In this document: positions 34,998 through 46,000 of the stretch, piece by piece
Numbering within the stretch: position 1 is the stretch's first letter
How the letters are laid out: each line of letters opens with the position of its first letter
Assembly (NCBI GenBank): GCA_965204755.1
Contig: OZ242011.1
Coordinates: forward strand, 960,001-1,024,000
Direction: 5' to 3'
Origin: Candidatus Marinacidobacterium sp.
GTDB lineage: Bacteria > Acidobacteriota > Vicinamibacteria > Marinacidobacterales > Marinacidobacteraceae
Length of the DNA: 64,000 nt
Made by a program: the position numbers and the translations under genes
Notes under the pieces: model-generated
What the model saw: only the letters and a program-made list of their open reading frames with translations
The model's database searches: none
Told to the model about the DNA's origin: nothing

Positions 34998-36020
34998 CTA
35001 CGGCCCCGCGAGGGCGGGGCGGAGCGTCTCGACCCGCGGAGCGGGCGCCGGGGGGAGGGCCGGGTCGGAGGCGGCGGCTGCGTCGCGCTCGAGTTGGAGG
35101 CGGAGGGCCTCGGCGCCGGGGAACGCGCGGACCGGGCGGAGGAAACGGAGGAAGCGGAGGCGGAGCGCGCGCGGCGAGCCGGAGTAGTCCAGCAGGTGCG
35201 CTTCCAGCGAAGCGCCGTCGGAAAAGGTGGGGCGCGGGCCGAAGTGGACGATCGCCCGGCGCCGGGGGCCGGGCCGCGTCCCGCCGGAGGCGGGCGGCGG
35301 ATCGTCCTCCACCAGGGCGTCGGCGGCGTACACGCCTTCGCGGAGCAGCGGTTCCCCCTCCGGGAGGAGGTTCGCGGTGGGGAAGCCGAGTCCCCGGCCG
35401 CGGCCCGCGCCGGGGACGACCGCGCCGGAGAGTTCGTAAGGCCGGCCGAGCATCGCCTCCGCCTCTTCCGGGCGGCCCGCCGCCAGCGCCTCGCGGATGC
35501 GGGTCGAAGAGATCGGACGCCCGTCGAAGCGGACGGCCGGGGACTCGATCACCGCGAAGCCGCGGCGGGCGCCGACCGAGCGCAGGGTGCCGAGCCCGCC
35601 GGAGCGGCCGCGGCCGAAGCGGAAGTTCCCGCCCTGGACGACCGCCCGGACGCCGAGCCGCCCCAGGAGCAGGCGCTCCACGAAGTCCTCCGCCGGCGTC
35701 TTCGCCATCTCCGCCCCGAAGCGGAGGACGACCAGCAGTTCCACGCCGGCGGCGGCCAGCAGGGCTTCCCGGTCGGCGGGGGTGGAGATCGCCTTCGGGG
35801 CGCGGTCGGGGCGGAGGACCCGGGCCGGGTGGGGGTCGAAGGTGACGGAGGCGAAGGCCGCGCCGAGGCGGGCCGCTTCGCGCCGGGCGAGGACCAGCGT
35901 TTCCCGGTGGCCCCGGTGCACCCCGTCGAAGTTCCCGATGGCGGCGACGGAACCGTTCGGGAGGGGCGCGGCGGCGGGAGGGAGCGGGTCGCCGAGGGCC
36001 GCGAGGCGCGCCACCCTCAT
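34998..36020 (-). CDS. ribF: Riboflavin kinase / FAD synthetase
   Basis: GNFDGVHRGH, TFDPHP, ISSTRIR, GFPTANL, EAHLLD. Confidence 0.95.
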   Translation of the reverse strand: MRVARLAALGDPLPPAAAPLPNGSVAAIGNFDGVHRGHRETLVLARREAARLGAAFASVTFDPHPARVLRPDRAPKAISTPADREALLAAAGVELLVVLRFGAEMAKTPAEDFVERLLLGRLGVRAVVQGGNFRFGRGRSGGLGTLRSVGARRGFAVIESPAVRFDGRPISSTRIREALAAGRPEEAEAMLGRPYELSGAVVPGAGRGRGLGFPTANLLPEGEPLLREGVYAADALVEDDPPPASGGTRPGPRRRAIVHFGPRPTFSDGASLEAHLLDYSGSPRALRLRFLRFLRPVRAFPGAEALRLQLERDAAAASDPALPPAPAPRVETLRPALAGP

Positions 36021-36048
36021 GGGGCCCCCGCCGCTCCTTCCCCGCCGC

Positions 36049-36975
36049 TCAACGACCGGCCGGCGCCGCGCCCGGGGCGCCGGCTCGCGCGAGGTAGTCC
36101 ATCCGCATCCGGTAGAGGGCGCGGGACATCATCCGGCTCTCCTCCTCGGTCCGGCGGGAGCGGGTGTGCCGCTCGAGGGCTTCCAGCATCCCGATGAATC
36201 CTTGGAAGGCGCCCAGTGCCTCCGCGCCGCGCAGCGCGGCCGCCGCGGCGTCCTCCGGGTCGGGCTCTCCCTCGCCCTTCGGGTCGGCGGCCGGCGTGGC
36301 GGCGGCCACCCGGAGCGAGAAGTCGGCGTGGGCGAGGAGCAACTGCGCCAACTGGCCGAGGCGGGGATCGCCCTTGGAATCCCCGGCCGGAGCCTCCTCC
36401 GCGTCGGGGGACCCGGCGGCGGCGCCGAGCCCGGTCGGCTCGGTGAGGAGGCGGAGAAAGGAGACCAACTGTTCCAGCCCGACGAAGGCCTGCGCCAGCC
36501 GGTCCTGCTCCGCCCGATCCCTCCGGTTCGCGTCGGCGCCGTCCGCTCCGGAGACCGGCTCGGCGGCCCGCGCGGCGATGATCTGGAGTTCGTTGTCCGC
36601 GAGGGTGAAGAGGAAGCGGACCAAGTGCTCCCGACCCTCGTTGCCGGCGCCGGGCTTCGGCGGGGCCGGTTCCTTCGTCGCCGCCGGCGGCGGCTGCGGT
36701 TTCGAGTCGGCGGGCGCCTCCGGCGTCGGCGGCGGAGCGGCGGGGCGGGGCGGCGCGTCGGGGGAGCCGGCGGCGGGGGCGCCGGCGGCGGGTTCGACCG
36801 GCGGCGGTCCGGAAGGGCGCGGTCCGGCGGGGCCGGTCTCTTCGGGGGGCCGGGGCTCGGCGGGGGCGGGTCGGCCCTCTCCCGTCTCCCCCGGTTCGGC
36901 GCGGGGGCGCCCGTCCGGGGTGAACCGGCGCCGGTCGCGCTCCACGATGCGCGGGGGTCTCCGGTCGTCGCTCAA
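36049..36975 (-). CDS. DUF1844-like protein
   Basis: N-terminal DRRRFTPDG; C-terminal IGMLEALERHT...EEE...LY.MRM.Y. Confidence 0.6.
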   Translation of the reverse strand: MSDDRRPPRIVERDRRRFTPDGRPRAEPGETGEGRPAPAEPRPPEETGPAGPRPSGPPPVEPAAGAPAAGSPDAPPRPAAPPPTPEAPADSKPQPPPAATKEPAPPKPGAGNEGREHLVRFLFTLADNELQIIAARAAEPVSGADGADANRRDRAEQDRLAQAFVGLEQLVSFLRLLTEPTGLGAAAGSPDAEEAPAGDSKGDPRLGQLAQLLLAHADFSLRVAAATPAADPKGEGEPDPEDAAAAALRGAEALGAFQGFIGMLEALERHTRSRRTEEESRMMSRALYRMRMDYLARAGAPGAAPAGR

Positions 36976-37059
36976 TGGTCTTCCGCCGAGGCCGCCGGAA
37001 TCCTACCGACCCGCGCCGAAAGCGCCTCGCGCCCGTCCCCCGGGCCGATAATCCTCCGG

Positions 37060-37806
37060 ATGATCTCCCGGACGGCCGCGCCCGACGCCGACCGGGCGCC
37101 CCCCGCGAAGACGGAAGCGGGGGAGGCGGTCGAACGGTTGGTCGCCGTCATGGCGCGCCTGCGGTCGGACGACGGCTGCCCGTGGGACCGGAAGCAGACT
37201 TGGGAGTCGCTTCGGCGGTATGTCCTCGAAGAGGCGCACGAGTTGGCGGAGGCCATTGACGAAGGGGACGAGGACGCGGTGCGCGAGGAGTGCGGCGACC
37301 TGCTGCTCGAAGTGGTGTTCCTCGCGCAGATCGCGTCCGAGGAGGGCCGGTTCGGGATGGCGGAAGTGGCGGCGGGGATCACCGCGAAACTCGTCCGCCG
37401 GCACCCGCAGGTGTTCCGGGACGCGCGGAGGGCCGCCGACGCCGACGAGGCGCTCGCCGCCTGGGAGGCGGTGAAGGCGCAGGAGAAGCGGGAGCGCGGC
37501 GGACGGAGCGGGCCGGAGTTGCCGGTGACGCTCCCGGCCCTGGTGGCCGCGGCCAAGGTGGCCGGGCGGGAGGCGGGCGCCGCCGAAGGGTCGCCCGACG
37601 GGTCACTCGACCGGTCGCCCGGGGCGGCGCTCGCCGCGCTCGGCCGCTCCGAGGCGGACGCGAACCGCGGCGGCGCCGGGAAGGAGCAACGGGAGGAGTT
37701 CGCCGCGGCGCTCGGCGAAGCGCTCTACGACCTCGCCCGGCGGGCGGCGGCCGCGGGAGTGGATCCGGAAGCGGCGCTGCTCGCCGCGGTGCGCCGCCGC
37801 CTGTAG
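37060..37806 (+). CDS. mazG: MazG nucleoside triphosphate pyrophosphohydrolase (second domain degenerate)
   Basis: LR...GCPWDRKQT, EEAHE, EECGDLL, KLVRRHP; start placed 7 nt after GATAAT. Confidence 0.88.
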   Translation: MISRTAAPDADRAPPAKTEAGEAVERLVAVMARLRSDDGCPWDRKQTWESLRRYVLEEAHELAEAIDEGDEDAVREECGDLLLEVVFLAQIASEEGRFGMAEVAAGITAKLVRRHPQVFRDARRAADADEALAAWEAVKAQEKRERGGRSGPELPVTLPALVAAAKVAGREAGAAEGSPDGSLDRSPGAALAALGRSEADANRGGAGKEQREEFAAALGEALYDLARRAAAAGVDPEAALLAAVRRRL

Positions 37807-37809
37807 TCC

Positions 37810-40368
37810 TTACCGCGGCCCGGCCACGGGAGGCAGGTCGCGGAAAGGGCGCACGGTCAGGGCGCCGTCCCTCGAGATCACCGCGGTAACGGCGCCGTGG
37901 CGGTCGGTGCGGTATACGCGGACGCCGAAGGCGGCGAGCCGCTCGATCACTTCGGGGAACGGGAGGCGGCGGCGGCGGTCCTCGCGGGTGGAGACCAGCG
38001 CCACCCGGGGACGGACCGCCTCGAGGAAGGCCTCGGAGGTGGAGAAGCGGCTCCCGTGGTGGCCGACCTTGAGCACCGAGGCCGCGAGGGCGTCCGGGTC
38101 GCGGTCGAGGAGAAGCCGCTCGGCGGGGAAGCCGGCGTCCCCGGTGAGCAGGGTCCGGCGGCCGGCGTAGTCGAGCGAGAGCACCAGCGAGCGCTCGTTC
38201 GGACTCGGGGGCGTCCCGGCGCCGGACTCCCACTCCGCGGCGTCCCCGGCGAGGAGGACCGTGAAGACCGCGCCGCCGAGGGGGATCCGGTCCCCGGCGC
38301 GGACCCGGCGCACCGGGATCCCCTCCCGGCGGCGGTCGCGGCGCAGCAGCCGCGCCGCCGGGCGGTCGTCGCCGGCGGTGGCCGGGCCCTCCCAGTACTC
38401 CTCGACCGGGAAGTCGCGGAAGACCGCCGAGAAGCCGCCGATGTGGTCGAGGTCGAGGTGGGTGGGGACGGCGGCGCGCAGCCGGCGGTGGCCCCGGTGG
38501 ACGAGGAACGGGGTGACGACCCGCTCGCCGGCGCTGTAGTCGGCGAAAGCGGAGCCGGCGTCCACCAGCACGGCGCCGCCCTCCGGCAGTTCGACCACCA
38601 ACGCGTCGCCGGCGCCCACATCGAGCGCGGTGATGCGCAGCGAGCCCTCTCCGCCGCCGCCGCGCGGCAAGGTGGAAAGCGCCAGGAGGAAGAGCGCCGC
38701 GCCGGGAAGGATCCGGCGGCGGCCGCGGAGCCGGATCGCCGGGAGGGAGGCCGCGATCCAGAGGACGAACCACCACCACGAGGGCCGCGCCACCGGGAAG
38801 GCGCCGAAGGGGAGGTCCGCGCCCCAGCGGCTCAGGCCGATCAGCCACTCGGCGGAGAGGCGCAGCCCCTCGAAGAGCGCCGGGCCGAGGAGCGGCAAGT
38901 CGCCGAACGCCAGCCAGCCGAAGCCGAAGCCCAGCAGCGGCCCGGCGAGGAACACCGCCGGGACGGCCACCAGCAGGCCCCCGAAGACCACCCGGCCGAA
39001 CGCGCGGGCGATGATCGGGAACCCCGCCACCTGCGCCGCCAGCGTGACCGCCACCGGGGCGAACAGGCGCGAGCGCCAGCGGGGGCGGTCCCAGGGCACG
39101 GTGGCCGGGTCCGGGGGGCGGAGGGCGGCGAGGATGCTGAGGGTGACCCCGAAACTGAGTTGGAAGCCCACATCCAGGGCGTTCCCGGGCGCGGCGGCGA
39201 GCAGGACGAGCGCCGCGAACCCGAGGCCGTTCCGCGCGCCGCCGGTGAGGCCGCGCCGGAGGCCGACGATGACCGAGCCGGCCATGAGCGCCGCCCGGAG
39301 GACGGAGGGGCGGGCGCCGGCGAGGGCGGCGTAGAAGGGCAGCACCGCGAGGACGACCGTCAGGGCCGCGCGCCGGCGGACTCCGAACAGGACGAGGACC
39401 CCGTAGAGGAGGGCGCTGAGCAGGCCCACATGGAGCCCGCTCACCGCCATCACATGGAGGGTCCCGGCGTCCCGGAAGGCGCGCTCGACCCGCGCCGGCG
39501 CCAAACTGCGGTCGCCGATCAGGAGCGCGGCGGCCACGCCGGCGGCCGGGCGGGAGAGGCCGGATTCCAGCAGCCGGGCGCGGATCGCCGAGCGGACCTG
39601 CCGGATCAGCCGCCAGAACGCCGGGGCCGGGCGGAGTTCGGCGACCAGGAGCGCGCTCTTGGTGTTGCCGAAAAGGCCCGTCGGGCCGGAGAACGGAGCC
39701 GCGCCGGGGTTGGAGGGGCCCCGGGACGCCGAGACCCGGCTCCACACCTCGACCTCGGCGCCCCGGGCCAACCCCGCGAGGCGGGCGCGGCGTTCCCCGC
39801 CGACGGTGATCCGGACCGGGCCGGAGACCGGGTAGGTCCTCTTGCCGGCGACCATTTCCCGCGCGGCGAGCCGGAGCGTCGTCTCGGCGCGCGCCTCTTC
39901 CGGTTCCGCGGTGAGGCGGCCGCGGAGCAGCACCGGCCGGCGGAGCCGATCCTCGCCGAGGGCCAGCGCCGCGGTGACCACCGAGGGCGGGCCCGGCGGC
40001 GGGCGGTTCGCCCACCCGGCGGCGAGGGCGGCGAACAGGAGGAGGCCGGTGAGCCGCCGGGCCCGCTTCGGGCCGGGCCGCGGGGACTCGCCGGCGCCGG
40101 GGTCGCCGGGCGCGGCGAAGAAGACGGCGAGGGCGGAGAGGGCCGCCGCCAGCGCCGGAAGCGCGGGGAGGGCGTCGAGGAACCGGGTGACGCCCGCCGG
40201 GAGGACCTCGGGGAGCGCGAGGCCCAGCCACAGGCCCGCGGCGAGCAGCAGGAGCGGCGCGTGGGCCGTTTCGTCGGGCCGCCGCGCGCCCGGCCCGGCG
40301 CCGACCGCCGCTCCGGCGGCGGAGGTCGCCCGGTGCTCGAGCCGGGGAGGGTCGGGCGCTTGTTCCAC
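37810..40368 (-). CDS. comEC: ComEC/Rec2 competence protein
   Basis: HVMAVSGLH, GFQLSF, DVGAGD, THLDLDH, LLTGD, KVGHHGS. Confidence 0.93.
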   Translation of the reverse strand: MEQAPDPPRLEHRATSAAGAAVGAGPGARRPDETAHAPLLLLAAGLWLGLALPEVLPAGVTRFLDALPALPALAAALSALAVFFAAPGDPGAGESPRPGPKRARRLTGLLLFAALAAGWANRPPPGPPSVVTAALALGEDRLRRPVLLRGRLTAEPEEARAETTLRLAAREMVAGKRTYPVSGPVRITVGGERRARLAGLARGAEVEVWSRVSASRGPSNPGAAPFSGPTGLFGNTKSALLVAELRPAPAFWRLIRQVRSAIRARLLESGLSRPAAGVAAALLIGDRSLAPARVERAFRDAGTLHVMAVSGLHVGLLSALLYGVLVLFGVRRRAALTVVLAVLPFYAALAGARPSVLRAALMAGSVIVGLRRGLTGGARNGLGFAALVLLAAAPGNALDVGFQLSFGVTLSILAALRPPDPATVPWDRPRWRSRLFAPVAVTLAAQVAGFPIIARAFGRVVFGGLLVAVPAVFLAGPLLGFGFGWLAFGDLPLLGPALFEGLRLSAEWLIGLSRWGADLPFGAFPVARPSWWWFVLWIAASLPAIRLRGRRRILPGAALFLLALSTLPRGGGGEGSLRITALDVGAGDALVVELPEGGAVLVDAGSAFADYSAGERVVTPFLVHRGHRRLRAAVPTHLDLDHIGGFSAVFRDFPVEEYWEGPATAGDDRPAARLLRRDRRREGIPVRRVRAGDRIPLGGAVFTVLLAGDAAEWESGAGTPPSPNERSLVLSLDYAGRRTLLTGDAGFPAERLLLDRDPDALAASVLKVGHHGSRFSTSEAFLEAVRPRVALVSTREDRRRRLPFPEVIERLAAFGVRVYRTDRHGAVTAVISRDGALTVRPFRDLPPVAGPR

Positions 40369-40374
40369 GAGCCG

Positions 40375-41259
40375 TCAGGCGGGATCGTCGAGGCGGAGCG
40401 CCGGGAGGGCGAGGGCGCGGGGGAGGCGGCGGCGGACGGCGGCGGCCAGGGCCTCCCGGTAGCCGGAAGGGGGCATCCGGCGGCGGAAGGCCGCGAGCGG
40501 CTCGGCGGCGGCGGCGGTGATCGCGGCGGAGGCCGCCGGGCGGAGCGCGTCCGCGAGGGAGCGGAGGAGTTCTTCTTCTACCGCTTCCAAATCGTTTTCC
40601 GGGTCGTTCTCCGGGTCGTTCTCCGGCTGGCTCCCCGGATTCTCCGGCGGCCGGGCGGGGCGGGCGCCGCCGGAGGCGGGGGAGCGGGAGGCGGCGAGGT
40701 CGGCGATCCGGCCGGCGGCGAGGGAAGCGGCGGCGGCGGCCCGTTCGGGCTCGACGGCGGACGCGTCGGGGCGCCAGGCGCGGAGTCCGGCGGCGAGTTC
40801 GAGGAGGCGGGCCGGCAGCGGGCACTCCGGCAGGGGGCGCTCCGCCGGCGGCGACGGGACCCGGTTCGGGCGCCGCGCGGCGCCTGCCGCCCGGGTCGGC
40901 GGAGTCTCCGCAGTCCCGGCGTCAGGAGGCTCGGCCGGAGAGGGGGGCGCGGGCGGCCCGGAGGCCGCGGCGGTCTCCGGGAGCCCGGCGCGGCGGCGGC
41001 GGTAGTCGGCGAACGCCGCCTCCACCGACCGGGCGCAGGCCCGGAGCCCCAGCCGCCCGGAGGCGGCGGCCCGGCGGTCGAACGCCCGGCGGATCCCTTC
41101 GACCACGACCGGGAGCGGGACGCCCCGGCGTTCCCAGTCGAGGATGAGTTGCCAGTCCGCCGGGCTCACCACGGACGCGCCGCCGCGCCGGGCCACGAAG
41201 GCCCGTTCGACCTCCCGGCAGAACTGTCCGGAAGGATCGCCGGGCGCGGGATCGGGCAC
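40375..41259 (-). CDS. Conserved hypothetical protein
   Basis: EVERAF..RRG....SP.DW.LI..W...GVPL..V..GI..AF pattern, recalled from acidobacterial proteins and not verified by search. Confidence 0.6.
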   Translation of the reverse strand: MPDPAPGDPSGQFCREVERAFVARRGGASVVSPADWQLILDWERRGVPLPVVVEGIRRAFDRRAAASGRLGLRACARSVEAAFADYRRRRAGLPETAAASGPPAPPSPAEPPDAGTAETPPTRAAGAARRPNRVPSPPAERPLPECPLPARLLELAAGLRAWRPDASAVEPERAAAAASLAAGRIADLAASRSPASGGARPARPPENPGSQPENDPENDPENDLEAVEEELLRSLADALRPAASAAITAAAAEPLAAFRRRMPPSGYREALAAAVRRRLPRALALPALRLDDPA

Positions 41260-41383
41260 GCCGCTTCCCCTTGGGGTCAGCGGGCCGGGTCAGCCCGCCG
41301 CCGCGCGGATGGAGGCCGGCCGAAGGGCCGGCCGGTCACGGACGGGGCCCGACGGACGGGGCCCGACGGGCGGCGCCCGGCGG

Positions 41384-42532
41384 TCAGCGGGAGGGGGCGG
41401 CGTGGACGAAGGAGATGGCATCGCTCGCGTGGACTACGGCGGCGCCTCCGTCGGCCAGCCGGACCCGGATGCCCCCGTCCCGGGCCAGGCCGTCCGTCCA
41501 CCCTTCCGCCGAGCCGCCCCCGCGCCGCCGGATGCGGCAGCGGACGTCCCGGGCGGTGGGGCTCCGCTCCTCCCACCGGGCGGCGAGCGCCGCCGGGTCG
41601 GCGGCGGCGAGGCCGAAGGCGCGGCGGAACGAGGCGATCAGGGCGCCGGCCAAGCAGGCGGGGTCGGCGGCCTTCGGAAGATGAGCCGGCGGCCTCCGGG
41701 GAGGGGGTTCGCCGGCGCGGGGGTCGAGTTCCACCGGAGTCAGGTTGACGCCGAACCCGACAACAGCCAAGTCGGGGGCGAATTCGGGGGCCGCATCGGG
41801 GGCCGGTTCAGGGGCCGGTTCGGGCGGTGGTTCCGGCGGAGGATCCGGGGCCCCGGTCCCCGACGGGGACTTCCGGAGCAGGCGGGCCGGGCCGGGCCCG
41901 GGGGAGAAGCCGGTCTCGGCGAGGACGCCCGCGAGTTTCCCGCCGTTCCAGTCGAGGTCGTTCGGCCAACGGAGTTCGACGCGGAGCCCGGCGGCCCGCT
42001 CCACGGCTTCCGCGGCGGCCAGTCCGGCGGCGATGGGGAGCAGGGAGAGCCCGGCCGCCGGGGGCGCGGCCACGAGGAGGCTGAGGTAGAAGCCGCCGGG
42101 AGGCGAGACCCAGCGCCGGCCGAACCGGCCCCGGCCGGCGGTCTGCTCGGAGGCGAACGCGACCGCGGCGACCGGAGGGAGCGCCGGCGGCCCTCCGGCG
42201 GCCTCCGCCGCCGGACCGGCGAGGACCCCGGCGGTCCCGTCGGCGGCGACGGCGCGGAGGAGGTCGTTGGTGGAGCCCACCCGGTCGAAGACCCCGACGA
42301 AGGGGACGGCCGCCGGGGCGACCGCCGCGCGGATCGCGTCCGCGACGGCCCGGCCGGGGAGGGAGCCGGGGAGCGAGCCGGGGAGGGAGAGGTCGCCGGA
42401 AGCGCTGACGGATGAATCGTCGGGAAAGCCGGGGGCTCGGACGCTCGCCTCCGGCGGCGCCGGCGGCGGCGTCCCCGGAACCGGCCGCCGCCCGGCGTCC
42501 GGCGGCCGAACGGCCGCGCTCGTTTCGGGCAT
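41384..42532 (-). CDS. birA: Biotin--protein ligase (no HTH domain)
   Basis: GSTND, QTAGRGR.GRRW.SP, WPNDL...GKLAGVL.E, GFGVN; start uncertain. Confidence 0.85.
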   Translation of the reverse strand: MPETSAAVRPPDAGRRPVPGTPPPAPPEASVRAPGFPDDSSVSASGDLSLPGSLPGSLPGRAVADAIRAAVAPAAVPFVGVFDRVGSTNDLLRAVAADGTAGVLAGPAAEAAGGPPALPPVAAVAFASEQTAGRGRFGRRWVSPPGGFYLSLLVAAPPAAGLSLLPIAAGLAAAEAVERAAGLRVELRWPNDLDWNGGKLAGVLAETGFSPGPGPARLLRKSPSGTGAPDPPPEPPPEPAPEPAPDAAPEFAPDLAVVGFGVNLTPVELDPRAGEPPPRRPPAHLPKAADPACLAGALIASFRRAFGLAAADPAALAARWEERSPTARDVRCRIRRRGGGSAEGWTDGLARDGGIRVRLADGGAAVVHASDAISFVHAAPSR

Positions 42533-42612
42533 CCCGGGCTCGCTTCGGGGTCGGGGTTCCGGCGGGATTCCGGGGTGACTCCGGGGTAACTCCGTGCTAA
42601 CGGGGAGGTCGC

Positions 42613-43062
42613 TCAGGACGACGCGGCGCGGGCGCGGCGGCGCTCGGCCAGGTTCTCGGAGATCGCGCGGGCGATGTCGGCGGTCGGGGTGTCCGGGCCG
42701 AAGACGCGGGCGACGCCGCCCTCGAGCAGGTCGGCGGCGTCCCGGTCGGGGATCACGCCGCCCACGAAGACCGGCGCCTCGCCGAGGCCGACTTCGCGGA
42801 GCCCGTCGAGGATGCGCCGCACCAGCGTGCGGTGCGCGCCGGAGAGGATGGAGACGCCGACCGCCTCCACATCCTCCTGCATCGCGGCCTCGGCGATCTC
42901 CTCCGGGGTGCGGCGGAGCCCGGTGTAGATGACCTCGAACCCGGCGTCGGTGAGCGCCCGGGCCACGATCAGCGCGCCCCGGTCGTGCCCGTCGAGGCCC
43001 GGCTTGGCGATCAGGATGCGGTAGGGCGGGTCCGCCCGCGCCACCGCCGCCGGGAGGTCCAC
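42613..43062 (-). CDS. Stand-alone cobalamin-binding subunit of an acyl-CoA mutase
   Basis: KPGLDGHDRG, GFEVIYTG, SILSGAH, VGGVIP. Confidence 0.92.
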   Translation of the reverse strand: MDLPAAVARADPPYRILIAKPGLDGHDRGALIVARALTDAGFEVIYTGLRRTPEEIAEAAMQEDVEAVGVSILSGAHRTLVRRILDGLREVGLGEAPVFVGGVIPDRDAADLLEGGVARVFGPDTPTADIARAISENLAERRRARAASS

Positions 43063-43066
43063 CGGG

Positions 43067-46000
43067 TCAGGTGGCGCGGCGGTACCGGCCGCCGACTTCG
43101 TAGAGCGCCTGCGTGATCTGTCCGAGGCTCGCCGAACGGACGGTGTCCATGAGTTCGGCGAACACATTGCCGCCTTCCAGCGCCGTCTTCCGCAGCCGGT
43201 CGAGGGCCGGCCCGGCGGCGGCGCGGCGGCGTTCGCGGAACGACTCCACCGCGCGGACCCGTTCTTCCTTCTCCTCCGCGGTCGCGCGCGCCAGCCGCTC
43301 CGCCGGCTCTTCGGGCTCTTCCGCCGCGCCGGGCCCGTCGTCTTCGGCGCGGAAGGTGTTCACGCCGATGATGGGGAGTTCCCCCGAATCTTTCCGGGAC
43401 TCGAACCGGAAACTCTCTTCCTGGATCCGGTGGCGCTGGTATTGCCGCTCCATCGCGGCGAGCACGCCGCCCCGCGCGTCCAACCGGTCGAACTCCTCGA
43501 GCACCGCTTCTTCGACGCGGTCGGTGAGCCAGGAAGCGGCGAAGGAACCGGAGAGCGAGTTCTCGTTCCAACTCATCCCGTATTCCTGCAGGATGATTTT
43601 CTGGATCGCCACCGCGCGCCGCACCGACTCCGGGGTCGGCGTGGTGATCGCTTCGTCGTAGGCGTTCGTGTGGAGCGAGTTGCAGGCGTCGGTCAGCGCG
43701 GTGAGCGCCTGGAGGGTGGTGCGGATGTCGTTGAACTGGACTTCCGAGGCGTGGAGCGAACGGCCCGAAGTCTGGATATGCACCTTGAACTTCTGGCTGC
43801 GCTCGCCGGCGCCGTAGAGCAGGCGCATCGCCCGCGCCCAGATGCGCCGCGCCACCCGGCTCATCACCGCGTACTCCGGATCGAGGCCGTTGCTGAAGAA
43901 GAACGACAGGTTGCGGGCGAACTCGTCCACCGGCAGGCCGCGGGCGAGGAAGTACTCCACATAGGTGAAACCGTTCGCCAGCGTGAAGGCCAGTTGGGTG
44001 ATCGGGTTGGCGCCGGCTTCGGCGATGTGGTAGCCGGAGACGGAAGCGGAGTAGAAGTTCCGCACGCCGTTCTCGATGAAGTACTCCTGCACATCGCCCA
44101 TGAGCCGGAGCGCGAACGCCGTCGAGAAGATGCAGGTGTTCTGGGCCTGGTCCTCCTTGAGGATGTCCGCCTGCACGGTGCCGCGGACGACTTCGAGCGC
44201 GCGGCGCCGGATCCCGGCGCGTTCTTCTTCGGTCGGCGCGCGGCCGCGTTCCCGGGTGAAGGCCTCGACTTCCTGGCGGACGGCGGTGTTCAGGAACATC
44301 GCCAGGACCGCCGGCGCCGGGCCGTTGATCGTCATGGAGACGGAGGTCTTCGGGTCGGTGAGCCGGAACCCCCGGAACAACTCCGCCATGTCGTCGAGCG
44401 TGGCGACGGAGACGCCGCCTTCGCCGATCTTGCCGAAGATGTCCGGGCGGCGGGCGGGGTCTTCGCCGTAGAGGGTCACGCTGTCGAACGCCACCGAGAG
44501 GCGGGTCGCGTCCTGGCTGCCGGCGAGCAGGTGGAACCGGCGGTTCGTCCGCGCCGGCCCCCCTTCCCCGGCGAACTGGCGGCGCGGCGGTTCGCCGGTT
44601 TCGCGGAAGGGGAAGACGCCGGCGGTGAACGGGTAGTGGCCGGGGAGGTTCTCCTGGTGGAGGAAGCGGAGCGTGTCGCCGGCGCTCCGGAACTCCGGGA
44701 GCGCGACGCGGGGGAGCGGCGTGCCGGACAGGGTCTCGCGGCGGTTTTCGACTTCGAGTTCGCGGCCGCGCACCGGGAACGGGGTCGTCGCCGCCAGGTA
44801 CCGCTCGCGGAGGTCCGGCCAACCTTCGAGGAGCGCCCGGCTGTCCGCGGAGAGTTGCCGCCGGAGCGCCGCGGCCCGCTCCGCCAACCGGGCCGGGAGG
44901 GCCGGCGCGTCGTTCGCGTCTTCCGCCGAATCGGAACCGGACAGGTCGGCGGCGGCGGCTTCGAGGTGTTCGATGCGGGCGGCCAGGTCGGACTCGCCTT
45001 CCACCCGGCGGCGCTCGGCGCGCAGCGCGGCGGCGATCTCGGCGAGGTAGGAGGAGCGCGAGGCCGGCAGGAGTCCGGGGGCGGGAGGCTCGGGCCGAGC
45101 CTCCGCCGCCGGGGCGGCGGTCGCCTCCGCCGGGGCTGCGGTCGCCTCCGCCGGCGCGAAGCCGAGGGCGGCGGAGATCCGGGCGTGGAGGGCGTCGAGG
45201 CCGGGGTCGGCGAAGCGGCCGGCGACCGTCGGGAACACCGGGACTTCGGCGCTCCGGGGAAGCGAGCGGGATCGCCGGACGGCGCGGCGGACGGAGAGCA
45301 GGGCGTCCTCGGCGCCGGGCCGATCCGCCTTGTTCAGCGCCACCGCGTCGGCGAAGTCGAGCATGTCGATCTTCTCGAGTTGGGTCTCGGCGCCGTAGTC
45401 GGCGGTCATCACATAGAGCGAGAAGTCGGCGATCTCGACCACCGCCGAGTTCCCCTGCCCGATGCCGCCGGTCTCCACGATGAGCAGGCCGCAGCCCGCC
45501 GCCCGGAGGACGAGCGCGGCGTCGGCGCAGGCCGCCGCCAGTTCGCTCCCGGTGCGCCGGGTGGCGAGGCTCCTCACGAAGACCCGGGGGACGGAGGCGG
45601 CGTTCAGCCGGATCCGGTCGCCGAGCAGCGCGCCCCCGGTGCGGCGCTTCGTCGGGTCCACCGCGAGGACGCCGATCTTCCCCGGCGCCGCGCCGTCCGA
45701 CGAGCCGCCGGAGAGGAAACGCAGCAGCAACTCGTCGAGGACGGAACTCTTCCCGGCGCCGCCGGTGCCGGTGATGCCGAGCAGCGGGGCGCGGGCGGCG
45801 GGCAGGAGAGCCCGGAGCGCCGCCCGCTCTTCTTCGGCGAGCCCCCGGACTTCCGCCCGGCTGATCAGCCGGGAGACCGCCGGCGCCGAAGCGGCGAAGG
45901 TCGGATCTCCGGGAGCGAGCGCTCCGAGGAGGGCCGCGAACGGGGGCTCCTCCCGCGCGGCGCGGGCCTCGCCGGCGCGCCGCAGCATGTCCTCCGCCAT

